A stretch of DNA of 64,000 bases from Patescibacteria group bacterium (GTDB lineage Bacteria; Patescibacteriota; Microgenomatia; Levybacterales; UBA12049), in NCBI GenBank assembly GCA_041743715.1, contig JBGTMH010000080.1:8529-72528 (forward strand), written 5' to 3'. Positions 19,087 through 28,164 of this stretch are shown in pieces. The position numbers and the translations under genes were made by a program. The notes beneath the pieces were generated by a model that saw nothing but the letters and a program-made list of their open reading frames with translations, did no database searches and had not been told where the DNA came from. Position 1 is the stretch's first letter, and each line of letters starts with the position of its first letter.

Positions 19087-20447
19087 ATGATTTATATTTT
19101 ACTTTTAACTGTTGGCATCATCTTCTTCCTCATTCAGTTAGATATATCAAAATATTTTGTATTCACGGATAGCAACGTTTATCTCTACTATGCCGATCAG
19201 ATATCAAAAGGAGCAACGTTATATAAGGATCTCTATATGACGAATTTCCCCCTGGTCCCATACGTCTCCGTACTTTATAAATACATCACGTTTGGTTCCT
19301 TGCATGGGTATTACATGACTGGCTGTATCGAAGCCTTGTTATCGGCAGCAATTTTGTTTTTGTGTTTAAAAAAAACGCATAAAAATAATTTTTTTGGTTT
19401 CATTGGAGCAATCTTTTATTTATCGACGTTCCTAGTATTTTCATCTGCCAATCATCAGAATGGAATTTTGTTCGCTGTATTACTGTTTAACATTGCCTAT
19501 CTATGTTTTCTCTACAAGAGATATATCCTAACAGGAATTTTCCTGGGTTTGGCATTAAGTGCAAAAGCGTATATGCCACCAATAATTGCAGGTTTTCTGG
19601 TTTTTGTATTCATTAAAGAACGAAGGCTTACTCTACCTTTGTTGACTGGTATGACTGGTGCGATTGCAATTATTTTTCTCCCCACAGTGCTCTATGCCTA
19701 CAATGATTTTGTTAGTCAAGTATTCGGATACTCTCTTACTCGACCTGCTGGATTTGATAAATGGAATATGATCACCTCCTTTATTACACTAGATCCGATC
19801 GTGGTGGGTCTTTTGTTTTATTCACTTATTAGGTGGCGAAAACTTATGTTCCTGCCTTAGCTACAAGTTTCGGGATCGTCTTCTTAAGTTTTTATCAAGA
19901 TCTCTATCTTTTATATTTCAATATTTTTGTTCCTATTGCAGTAATTGCGTTAGGAGATTTACTTGTAACTATTGAAAAACACACTAAAAATTATGGTGGC
20001 ATAATAGTCTTATTAAGTATCATTATAGTTATAAATTTATTTAACGTAGGTCGCTATATAAACACTATTCACGGATTCATGGCAATTCCTAATATTACTG
20101 AATTTGTGAACATTGTGGAAAATACAAAACCAGATTACTTGTATGGTGAATTTGGCATTGTGCAGGGGATCAGTTATCTGTCTGGAATACCTATGCTCGA
20201 AGGAGTTTCAGATACGAATAGAACGATGTTTCTCGCAGGGGTTTTAGATAAAAATACCATTACCGAAAAAGTGAAGAAAACTAATACGGTAGTGATTGCA
20301 AATTCATCTGATAACAATCTTGATATTGGTACAGCATCCGCATATTTAAATTGGGGAGAATTAAAAAATCAATGCAAAATAATCCATTCCCAAGATTTTA
20401 AAACGGGATCTTCGGTAAATAAAATAAATATTGTGAAATGTTTCTGA
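19087..20447 (+). pseudogene. ArnT/PMT-like GT-C glycosyltransferase (family 39/83-like) split by a frameshift near 19835-19860
   Basis: ORFs 19087..19860 and 19833..20447 are consecutive on the same strand, in different frames, and overlap by 28 nt around a gaaaac run. The N-terminal part is polytopic with the motif YYADQISKGATLYKDLYMTNFPLVPYV (ArnT-like D/ExxYA...G.LY.D...PPL). The second ORF is a soluble C-terminal domain. Confidence 0.5.
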
Positions 20448-20504
20448 ATGACTCCCACCTCTGGCTTAAAAGGAGCACAGGCTAATCGCCACCCTCTCAG
20501 GGTG

Positions 20505-20773
20505 AGATTCTTATAAACTTTCTATGAAAAGCAGGGATACCATATTCTCTATATCTTACTGCTTAAAAGATACTATTTCAGTCTGTACTTTCAGCTTTCT
20601 ATCAATGGAGGGTAAAAGTTTTATCTTTTATCTTAACATCGAAAGATTCTTTTTTTTGAATACGTGTGTAGACATAGGAATATAATTCGTTAGGATTTAT
20701 CTCATATGCTTTCTCCAGTGCGATTAAAGCTCCCTGTTTATCATGCTGATTGTATTTCGCAATATTACTACTA
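20505..20773. repeat. 268-bp direct repeat, copy 2 (truncated duplicate of the 3' end of the 16581..18353 GT gene)
   Basis: See 16485..16752. It contains a degraded duplicate of the GT gene's last ~55 codons. Confidence 0.85.
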
Positions 20774-20796
20774 TTACTATTCATTCTAATAAGCAC
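20602..20796 (-). pseudogene. Remnant of GT-C/TPR glycosyltransferase C-terminus (64-aa ORF inside the direct repeat)
   Basis: AKYNQHDKQGALIALEKAYEINPNELYSYVYTRIQKKESFDVKIKDKTFTLH is ~85% identical to the C-terminus of 16581..18353 (AKYNQHDKQGALVVLEKAYKINPNELYSYVYIHIQKKEPFDVKIKDKTFTFH). Confidence 0.7.
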
Positions 20797-20834
20797 CTCT
20801 TTCAGGAGCCTCTTCGGCTCCTCTCGTCAAGGGG

Positions 20835-22616
20835 TCAATTATTAAAATAATTTCTAGATCTTTCTATTTTAACGTTTTTATTATTAGTTAAAGCATAATA
20901 AAAATCCGCAGTCTCTGGATCATTGGGATTCAATGCATAAGCATTTTTTATCGCTTCCAAAGCAGCACTATTATGACCAGATTGATATTCTAGGATTGCT
21001 AAATTAAACCAAATTTTATAATTTTTTGGGAACTTTTCTAGAGAACTGACTATAAAACTCTTGGCAATATCGGCATCATAATAATGGGCATACAAGTAAC
21101 TTAAGCTCTCGTAGGCAAAGGGACTACCTGGTTCATTCTTTATCGAAGTCTTTAACACAATCTCTGCTTTAGTAAGCAATACTCTATTTTTATGTTTCTC
21201 CGCCTCCAACATCAAAACTGTACCTAAGCCATACGAATTCATACCATAATAGGGAGCAAGCTTAATGGAACGTTCGAAATATCCTCGGGCTTTGTCATTT
21301 AATCCAGCAAGAGACAAAGCAAATCCACATGAGTTTTCTAAGGTGAAATTATCGTGTGATTGATCTGCATCGTGGCACATTAAGGCCATATTATCTTTAA
21401 AATTCATATTTCTCTCTATTGTTCGAATGGATAAAATTATTGCCAATAGGATAAATACTATCAATAAAACATTGGTTGCATTTTTGGAGTTAACGAAGTT
21501 TTGCAGTACAATTCCGATCATTCCCAAAAGCCCAACTATTGGTAAATAAAACCATCGAGTCGCAACAGTTCCATCTAAAGGAATAAGTTGCAAGTGAAGG
21601 CTCAATCCGGTAACAAACCACAATACAAAAAAAATAAACCAACGAAATTGGATAAAATTTCTCTGATAGAGTATTTTTCCGAGGAAAAAAACTACTGCTA
21701 TAAACAAAGAAATTATTGCAAGAGGTAAATAAAAATTTACAAAACTAATAGACGTTACAACCCAGTCGTAACTTACTGCAAGATTTTTGGGAAATATGAA
21801 TGTTTGCAAATAATAAAAAATTATTAGAGGTATGTTCATTAATCTTTCAAAAAGTGATAACCTACTAATATGAAATTCGTTAGGTCCAGGAAAACCGACC
21901 GCAAGAGTGTGAATAATACTATAAGAAATGATAAATGGTAAGGTATAGATGATTGTTTCTTTTAAACGGTCTTTTCTAAAAAGGAAGATATAGAATATAT
22001 TAATAAAGACGAAAGCAATGCCTGTTTCTTTAGACAAGACAGATAATAGTAATAAGGAAAATACTTTTAGCTCTACATATTTAGATTTTTTTCCACTTGA
22101 GATTAATAATGCCAACACGCCGAAAAAGAAAAACATAACATCTTGTAAATCGGAAATGTATGCTCCCACTTCCTGATTAATTGGATGGACAAGAAAGATC
22201 ACAGAAATGGCAAGTGCCCATTCTTTGCGCAGAAATTTTTTAAAGAGAATAAATACTAATATCGCATTTATAATGTATAAAATTATCTGGAGTAAATGGA
22301 AAAGAAATGCATTTTGACCACCAATGGAATGAATAAGGGTAAATGTCGTTAATAGTAAAGGTTTGTAATAGTCACCTGAAATACCATTACCTTGATTAAA
22401 CGTACTGGTAGTAAAGAAGGTCGGAATATTTGCTGCTGAATGAATACTATTGTTTGTAACTATTTGTCCAAAATCATCAGCTACAAATCCATTAAAAAGC
22501 ACATTGCCGAATACAATAAATCCAACAATAACAATAATGTGAATTGCTTTTAGTGTTGTGAGGGGAACGAAAAACTGTTTTAAAGAAAATTCCTCTTCTT
22601 GTTTATCCTGAAGCAT
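20835..22616 (-). CDS. GT-C fold glycosyltransferase, PMT/TMTC-like, with C-terminal TPR repeats (paralog of 16581..18353)
   Basis: The N-terminus is colinear with 16581..18353 (EEFSLKQFFVPLTTLKAIHIIVIVGFIVFGNVLFNGFVADD). About 11 TM segments. TPR-like C-terminus (YFERSIKLAPYYGMNSYGLGTV..., AALEAIKNAYALNPNDPETADFYYAL). Confidence 0.65.
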   Translation of the reverse strand: MLQDKQEEEFSLKQFFVPLTTLKAIHIIVIVGFIVFGNVLFNGFVADDFGQIVTNNSIHSAANIPTFFTTSTFNQGNGISGDYYKPLLLTTFTLIHSIGGQNAFLFHLLQIILYIINAILVFILFKKFLRKEWALAISVIFLVHPINQEVGAYISDLQDVMFFFFGVLALLISSGKKSKYVELKVFSLLLLSVLSKETGIAFVFINIFYIFLFRKDRLKETIIYTLPFIISYSIIHTLAVGFPGPNEFHISRLSLFERLMNIPLIIFYYLQTFIFPKNLAVSYDWVVTSISFVNFYLPLAIISLFIAVVFFLGKILYQRNFIQFRWFIFFVLWFVTGLSLHLQLIPLDGTVATRWFYLPIVGLLGMIGIVLQNFVNSKNATNVLLIVFILLAIILSIRTIERNMNFKDNMALMCHDADQSHDNFTLENSCGFALSLAGLNDKARGYFERSIKLAPYYGMNSYGLGTVLMLEAEKHKNRVLLTKAEIVLKTSIKNEPGSPFAYESLSYLYAHYYDADIAKSFIVSSLEKFPKNYKIWFNLAILEYQSGHNSAALEAIKNAYALNPNDPETADFYYALTNNKNVKIERSRNYFNN

Positions 22617-22662
22617 ACCTCATGGTATCATGGGGATAGGTGAGATTCAATAATCTTGGCTA

Positions 22663-23760
22663 TTATGATAGTTCTTCGTCTTCTTTATCCTCATCTCCGC
22701 CAACGATTAGAGGTGCCCTTCCGTCTTTGTTTTCAGCCATAATTTTTGCGACAATCTCTTTTTGCATTGCAGGGTCTGCCTTCAATGCTTCTATCGCCGC
22801 GACTTTCCCCTGTCCGAGCATCTGTTCATTGTACCGGTAGAACGCGCCTGATTTATTGATAACATTCATCTCAACCGCGACATCCAAAATTCCGCCTTCG
22901 CGTGAAATACCGGCATTGGTTATATCAAACTCAGCCATACGAAATGGTGCTGCAATTTTATTCTTCACCACTTTCACACGATGTCGTGAACCGATGACCC
23001 TATCCCCATCTTTCAGTGTCTCGATTTTCCGGATGTCCATCCGCACCGATGAATAAAACTTCAGCGCCATACCTCCGGTTGTCGTCTCTGGGTTACCAAA
23101 CATCACACCGATCTTCTGTCTAAGCTGATTGGTGAAAATAACAATCGTTCTTGATTTGGAAATAACAGCAGTCAGCTTACGCAAAGCTTGTGACATCAAT
23201 CGTGCTTGAAGCCCCATGGACGCGTCTCCCATCTCACCTTCAATTTCGGCCCGTGGTACCAGTGCCGCAACTGAATCAACGACCAATACATCCACACCAC
23301 CTGAACGAACCAAACTTTCAGTAATCTCAAGCGCCTGTTCACCGGTGTCGGGCTGGGAAATAAGCAGTTCTTCGAGCTTGACACCCAACTGCTGTGCTCG
23401 AAGCGGATCAAGCGCGTGCTCAGCATCGATAAAAGCTGCGATACCTCCATGCTTTTGGGCTTGTGCGATCGTTGAAAGACAGACAGTGGTTTTTCCTGAT
23501 GCTTCAGGTCCGTAGATCTCAACGATTCTTCCCCGCGGCAAACCGCCTGCGCCAAGCGCCAAATCAAGCGGCAAGCACCCCGTTGAGATAACTGAAATAT
23601 CAAATTTCTGCGCTGATTCTCCAAAACGCATAATCGATCCGCGGCCGTACTGTTTTTCAATCTGGTCCATGGCCATCCGAATGGATTCAAGTTTTTTACT
23701 TGCGTCATTCTGCTGCTCAACAGGGGTTGATTTTTGTGAATTCGAAGCTGATCGTGCCAT
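22663..23760 (-). CDS. recA: Recombinase RecA
   Basis: Walker [10 protein letters not shown], the canonical RecA core ([36 protein letters not shown]) and an acidic C-terminal tail. Start set at the ATG giving MARSASNSQ; the longer track ORF adds 25 N-terminal residues that are not RecA-like. Confidence 0.95.
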   Translation of the reverse strand: MARSASNSQKSTPVEQQNDASKKLESIRMAMDQIEKQYGRGSIMRFGESAQKFDISVISTGCLPLDLALGAGGLPRGRIVEIYGPEASGKTTVCLSTIAQAQKHGGIAAFIDAEHALDPLRAQQLGVKLEELLISQPDTGEQALEITESLVRSGGVDVLVVDSVAALVPRAEIEGEMGDASMGLQARLMSQALRKLTAVISKSRTIVIFTNQLRQKIGVMFGNPETTTGGMALKFYSSVRMDIRKIETLKDGDRVIGSRHRVKVVKNKIAAPFRMAEFDITNAGISREGGILDVAVEMNVINKSGAFYRYNEQMLGQGKVAAIEALKADPAMQKEIVAKIMAENKDGRAPLIVGGDEDKEDEELS

Positions 23761-23870
23761 TATTAGGTTAAATTGTAACACTCTCAAAATAAAATACAAG
23801 GGGCAATTTCGATTATTTTTCATTAACACAAGCATGCCTCAATATGATAAAATTTTGTAGCTTACGTAAG

Positions 23871-23941
23871 CGGGGTGTAGTATAGTGGTAGTACGCCGGG
23901 CTGGGGGTCCGGTAGTCTGTGTCCGATTCACAGCACCCCGA
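23871..23941 (+). tRNA. tRNA-Pro (anticodon GGG)
   Basis: Manual cloverleaf. Acceptor cggggtg/caccccg (7 bp) plus discriminator A. D-arm gtat-agtggta-gtac with the GG motif. Anticodon stem ccggg/tccgg with loop c-t-GGG-g-g. T-arm ctgtg-tccgatt-cacag. No encoded CCA. Confidence 0.7.
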
Positions 23942-23969
23942 CTTAATCATTGATTTTACAGTGCGAGGA

Positions 23970-24572
23970 TTACTCTTTCTCTGTTTTTTTCTTCCTCGAA
24001 ACCCACCATTCATCTTCCTTATCAGAAAACCACCACTCATCAGAATCTGTCTTCAGAATACTCTTTGCCAGCTTTTTTGCACGCGGTGTCCGCAATCTTT
24101 TTTGTGTAATGTGAAGCCATTTTTCAGCGCGCGTATTACCTCTATCTAACTGTTCTTTGACCGATAGCAACCATTCGAGATTATCTGCATCTTTTGCCAG
24201 AATCGATTCTTTGCTTTTTCGTTCCTTATACTCTTGAAGAATGGCAGCAATATCATCACCAAAGGGAATTGTTTGGACCAAATCCGCAATCGCTTTTTGC
24301 TCATCCATCTTGAGATATTTTTGATGAACATAATTCGGATCACTTGTTCTCGCTTCGGAGATATCATGAAAAAGACACATCTTCATTACCTTTGTGACAT
24401 CAATATCTTTATCCACCATCGCAAGCATATATCCGATAAAAACAGTTCGATTGGTATGTTCTGCGACAGACTGCTTTCCGCTTCCTAAAAAATGAAACCC
24501 GCTTCGGGGCGTTTTGGAGAGAATCCCTACTTCAAATAAAAAATTTGCCAGTGACTGTTTGCTGTGCTTCAT
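23970..24572 (-). CDS. HD-domain phosphohydrolase (YfbR-like 5'-deoxynucleotidase family)
   Basis: Motifs H..HTNRTV, LFHDISE and DAD are present. Start set at the ATG giving MKHSKQSL; the track start is GTG. Confidence 0.7.
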   Translation of the reverse strand: MKHSKQSLANFLFEVGILSKTPRSGFHFLGSGKQSVAEHTNRTVFIGYMLAMVDKDIDVTKVMKMCLFHDISEARTSDPNYVHQKYLKMDEQKAIADLVQTIPFGDDIAAILQEYKERKSKESILAKDADNLEWLLSVKEQLDRGNTRAEKWLHITQKRLRTPRAKKLAKSILKTDSDEWWFSDKEDEWWVSRKKKTEKE

Positions 24573-24627
24573 GTGCCTATTTTGGAGAAACACGATTTAT
24601 TTGTCAAGTGAAGAAATGAAAGAGGAT

Positions 24628-25293
24628 TTAATAACTTGGACTTGTCGCTGGTTGTTTTTGCATCGCATCTCCGGTTGTTCCGCCTGTTGCTCCTGCAGTC
24701 CCTACTGTGACGACTGTACCCGTAGCGCTCTTCATAACTGATTCTGCAACTCCTCTTGCTGTGACAAGCGATGTAGGCAATAAGCCGAGTTGTGTTTCAG
24801 TACCGACTGCGCCAGCTTTTGTGGTAAAGGTAATTGTCGCAACTGATCCTGTACCCTTGATCGGTTGCGCATTTGGTGTTATCCCAAAGGCATAGGTATA
24901 TCTTCCTGCTGCTGGGTCATTTTTATCAATCAGTACTGCAGGATTCTGAATTAATGTGCCTGCTGTTACTTTGACATTACTCAACACATTCGGATCATAG
25001 CCGATCTCAAGTTGGACTGCTGTAACATCATTGTCTGAAGTATCAATTGTGACTTCAGCTGTTCCTTGTTGCCCAGGTCCAACGGTAAGAGGATTTGGTG
25101 CTAAAGCAAGGACTGTGTGAGCAGGCACAACGGGGGCCACGTTTTGCGCAGCAGCAGTCGGCTGTGGCGTTGCAGGCGGAGCTTTTTGCTCCTGTCCAGC
25201 TCGCAAAGCGATGACAAAAAGGATAACGGTTACTAAAACCAAACCAGAAATAAGGGCAAGTGTCTTTCTTGGCATATGTTCTGTATCCATCAT
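24628..25293 (-). CDS. Membrane-anchored secreted protein with cohesin-like/Ig-like beta domain (hypothetical)
   Basis: N-terminal TM anchor (LALISGLVLVTVILFVIAL) and an Ala/Pro-rich linker. Beta-rich region VTIDTSDNDVTAVQLEIGYDPNVLSNVKVTAGTL. Local GC is higher than in flanking genes. Confidence 0.45.
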   Translation of the reverse strand: MMDTEHMPRKTLALISGLVLVTVILFVIALRAGQEQKAPPATPQPTAAAQNVAPVVPAHTVLALAPNPLTVGPGQQGTAEVTIDTSDNDVTAVQLEIGYDPNVLSNVKVTAGTLIQNPAVLIDKNDPAAGRYTYAFGITPNAQPIKGTGSVATITFTTKAGAVGTETQLGLLPTSLVTARGVAESVMKSATGTVVTVGTAGATGGTTGDAMQKQPATSPSY

Positions 25294-25376
25294 AGAACAA
25301 TCTTTTTATATTTTGCAAGAGGCAAAATTGAAATGAGAGTTGAGAGTTGAGAGTTGAGAAATATATAATAAGATGT

Positions 25377-26042
25377 ATGCTTCTCTTTCTGCTGTTTCTT
25401 GTTGAGTTATTCGTGTTGTTTCTGCTTTCACGGACACTGACTCGGACACTCTCCTATTCTCTCTACCATATCACCCGGAGTAAAAAGTTGGCTGTTCATG
25501 TGATGGCGGCACTTTTTTTCCCAGGAACACTCATTCACGAATTATCACATGCTTTCATGGCTATGCTTCTCAGAGTACATGTCGGACACATGGAGTTTGT
25601 CCCCAAAATCGAGGGGGATAAAGTAAAATTGGGCAGTGTCCTCATTGCCCGGACTGATTTTCTGCGCCGGTTTCTCATAGGCGCGGCACCATTTTTAACG
25701 GGTACAGCAATCCTCCTGGGCGTATTATTTTATGCTGCCCACAATCAGTTATTTGGTAATTATCAAATAGTAATACTCCTCGGCTACATCGTATTCGAGA
25801 TCGGTAACACGATGTTCTCCAGTCATAAAGATATGGAAGGAACTGTGGAGCTATTGCTGACACTGCTTATCATTACACTTATTTTTTACTTTCTCGGTGT
25901 CCGCCTCCCAGCGTTCAGTCCTGACATTATATTTAACCAACCGCTTGTCAAAAATGTCCTAGAAAAAGGCTGCCTCTTTCTCCTCCTTCCCATTGCGATT
26001 GACATCGTCGTTATTGGTTTATTGAAATTCTTGAGGAAATAG
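25377..26042 (+). CDS. Membrane protein with HExxH motif (DUF3267-like putative zinc metallopeptidase)
   Basis: Polytopic membrane protein with GTLIHELSHAFMA (HExxH) next to a TM helix. Start set at the first in-frame ATG (MLLFLLFLV); the track start is TTG at 25347. Confidence 0.45.
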   Translation: MLLFLLFLVELFVLFLLSRTLTRTLSYSLYHITRSKKLAVHVMAALFFPGTLIHELSHAFMAMLLRVHVGHMEFVPKIEGDKVKLGSVLIARTDFLRRFLIGAAPFLTGTAILLGVLFYAAHNQLFGNYQIVILLGYIVFEIGNTMFSSHKDMEGTVELLLTLLIITLIFYFLGVRLPAFSPDIIFNQPLVKNVLEKGCLFLLLPIAIDIVVIGLLKFLRK

Positions 26043-26070
26043 CTGACTCAAGGTATAATTCAAAAATGTT

Positions 26071-26430
26071 ATGAAAAAAAAGCAGTATACCTTACAAGAG
26101 CTAACAGATTTTGTGATTGCATTCAGAAACGAGCGGGATTGGAAACAATTCCACAACCCTAAAGATACTGCTATAGCATTAAGCCTTGAAGCTTCAGAAG
26201 TCTTAGAACACTTTCGTTGGAAAAACGATGAAGAAATTAAAAAGCACGTCAAAGAAAAAAAGAGTGAGATCGCGGACGAGTTAACTGATGTCTTGTATTG
26301 GGTGTTACTCGTCTCGCATGATCTCGAAATCGATTTGGGCCAGGCTTTTTACAAAAAACGCGCAGAAGACGCCAAAAAATACCCTGTTGAAAAAGTCAAA
26401 GGCAAACATAAGAAATATAACGAGTACTGA
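26071..26430 (+). CDS. MazG-like nucleotide pyrophosphohydrolase (NTP-PPase, YpjD-like)
   Basis: 119 aa with FRNERDWKQFHNPKDTAIALSLEASEVLEHFRWK and EIADELTDVLYWVLLVSHDLEIDL, the MazG/all-alpha NTP-PPase signature. Confidence 0.75.
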   Translation: MKKKQYTLQELTDFVIAFRNERDWKQFHNPKDTAIALSLEASEVLEHFRWKNDEEIKKHVKEKKSEIADELTDVLYWVLLVSHDLEIDLGQAFYKKRAEDAKKYPVEKVKGKHKKYNEY

Positions 26431-26472
26431 TAAAAGTTTTTGTAAAAACGCGCAATATACGCTACAATAGAT

Positions 26473-26940
26473 ATGATGACGAGAAATTTTACGATCGCTG
26501 TTGTTCTGGGGATTGTCGTGCTAGGCATTTTTGCTTATATTATTTTCTTCTTAGATGGCGGTCCGTCTTCAAATACCATCACCTCCGATGCGCCCAAAAC
26601 GAATAACGCCCAAGCTCCTGAGAATGTAAAGATTGAAGATATCAAAGAAGGGACAGGCCAGGCAGTTAAAAGTGGCGATACAATAGCCATCCACTATGCA
26701 GGGACACTGACCGATGGCACAAAATTTGACTCATCCTATGATCGGGGTGAGCCATTTGAGACCCAAATCGGAACTGGCGAAGTTATTAAAGGCTGGGACG
26801 TAGGTGTCGTGGGTATGAAAGTTGGCGGCAAAAGAAAATTGACGATTCCACCTGAGCTAGGGTATGGAGATCAAGCAGCTGGAGATATCCCACCAAATTC
26901 AATCCTCATTTTTGAGGTAGAACTGATTGAGATAAAATAG
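26473..26940 (+). CDS. FKBP-type peptidyl-prolyl cis-trans isomerase, membrane-anchored
   Basis: N-terminal TM helix followed by the FKBP core (IHYAGTLTDGTKFDSSYDRGEPFETQIGTGEVIKGWDVGVVGMKVGGKRKLTIPPELGYG...ILIFEVELIEIK). Confidence 0.9.
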   Translation: MMTRNFTIAVVLGIVVLGIFAYIIFFLDGGPSSNTITSDAPKTNNAQAPENVKIEDIKEGTGQAVKSGDTIAIHYAGTLTDGTKFDSSYDRGEPFETQIGTGEVIKGWDVGVVGMKVGGKRKLTIPPELGYGDQAAGDIPPNSILIFEVELIEIK

Positions 26941-27038
26941 CACCTCTTCTCACACAAGAAAAAATCGTTACAAAAATCCTTACGTACAATTTCCCACAAC
27001 AAGAGACCTGTGTTTGTTATTAAGTGCGTTCTGGCTTT

Positions 27039-27299
27039 TTACTCTACTTTTGCTGATGCGCGACGTGTATCGCAGATTTTACAATCTTTTGTATGCGTAA
27101 TGAGCAGAGCGATACCTGACACACCGATCAAAGCATAAACAAGTTCAAGTATGTGTTTGTTGAAACCAAAAATTTGACCTATTAAATCAAACCCTTCGCC
27201 ATTAGCATCAACTGGGATGATACCAAACAATCCCAAATCGATCGCTCCAACGACGACTAAAATAAATGCTGCCATGTGAAAAAACTTTTTTGCTGTCAT
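27039..27299 (-). CDS. DUF378 family small membrane protein
   Basis: AAFILVVVGAIDLGLFGIIPVD...FDLIGQIFGFNKHILELVYALIGVSGIALL matches DUF378 (YuzA-like) architecture. Start set at MTAKKFF. Confidence 0.6.
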   Translation of the reverse strand: MTAKKFFHMAAFILVVVGAIDLGLFGIIPVDANGEGFDLIGQIFGFNKHILELVYALIGVSGIALLITHTKDCKICDTRRASAKVE

Positions 27300-27397
27300 A
27301 TCATCACCTCCTATCTGCTTGCGCATATCTAGTCTACAAGGATTTTGTTTTTCTCGTCAAGAGATCAATTCTGTAGGAGAAATAAATCCTTAAATTC

Positions 27398-27847
27398 TCA
27401 GGCTGTGGGCGTTATTCCAGGTGTTTGTTTGTGGTGCTCAATTTTTTTCTCTATTTCATGTTTCTCTGAAAGCAACACCAACCCTCCCGCAATCAGGACC
27501 AAATTTTTCAGCGCATTTTCTCCAGCCAGTGAAAGCACTGGAAATCGAGGCATAAACCCTTGTGTCACCAAAACCGCTGCACCCGTGATCAAGAGATGCA
27601 CGATCATCACAATTGCGACTACTTTGACAAACCGATTCGTCAAAAATGCAACCCCGATCAGAATTTCTATAAAAGCCAATATAAATAACAACACCTGCGA
27701 CTCCCCAAGCCCTGGAATAGCCTTACTTATAATATCCTGCACCGGACTGACATTAAAGAGTTTGAGAACCCCAAACCAAAAGAACGTAACCCCCAAAGCC
27801 CACCGCAAAAGTATCACCGAGCGGGTATGAAAGAATGTTAATGACAT
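27398..27847 (-). CDS. DoxX-like family membrane protein
   Basis: Four TM helices with a DoxX/YkgB-like pattern (WALGVTFFWFGVLKLF...LFILAFIEILIGVAFL...). Confidence 0.45.
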   Translation of the reverse strand: MSLTFFHTRSVILLRWALGVTFFWFGVLKLFNVSPVQDIISKAIPGLGESQVLLFILAFIEILIGVAFLTNRFVKVVAIVMIVHLLITGAAVLVTQGFMPRFPVLSLAGENALKNLVLIAGGLVLLSEKHEIEKKIEHHKQTPGITPTA

Positions 27848-27946
27848 AAAAATATTATACCACCTGGTGAATAAATAGTTTTCAAAAAATTAAATTAAGT
27901 CCCTAACCCCTAGCCCCTACCCCCTAAACCCTATATAATAGTAGTT

Positions 27947-28138
27947 ATGACACCTGGAGAATCATTCATCAGCATCATACTCGTCATCATCGCCTATTTC
28001 CTGTCCCAAATAGCCAAACAACTTAGCTACCTCACCGGAAAACGCCTCAAGTCCCCCTTCACGAACTGGCAATCCAACAAACCCATTATAAAACCCCACC
28101 CCAGACCAGACCCAAAAGAAGAAAAACTCCCCAACTAA
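27947..28138 (+). CDS. Small membrane protein (63 aa) with Pro-rich tail ending KLPN
   Basis: One TM helix (ISIILVIIAYFLSQI) and a C-terminus PHPRPDPKEEKLPN that resembles the C-terminus of 28368..28844 (PPPPPNPEQKLPN). Confidence 0.35.
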   Translation: MTPGESFISIILVIIAYFLSQIAKQLSYLTGKRLKSPFTNWQSNKPIIKPHPRPDPKEEKLPN

Positions 28139-28164
28139 CAATACTTCAGAATTTCCTGGAATAA

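Noticed and set aside
20795-20825. GC-rich hairpin ggagcctcttcggctcc downstream of GT gene 20835..22616 as an intrinsic terminator
   Set aside because: The stem-loop is clear, but it is not followed by a U-tract on the relevant (minus) strand. It is left as an uncertain structural element.
23196-23720. 174-aa ORF (and 23216..23515 on +) overlapping recA
   Set aside because: Both lie inside the recA coding region in other frames or strands and have no independent support.
22663-23835. 25-aa N-terminal extension of RecA and 75-aa extension of FKBP 52044..52625 in the track
   Set aside because: The extensions are not conserved in these families. The internal ATGs (23760 and 52400) give canonical N-termini. 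The track also allows TTG/GTG starts (25347 TTG, 24593 GTG, 12275 TTG), so its longest ORFs over-extend.
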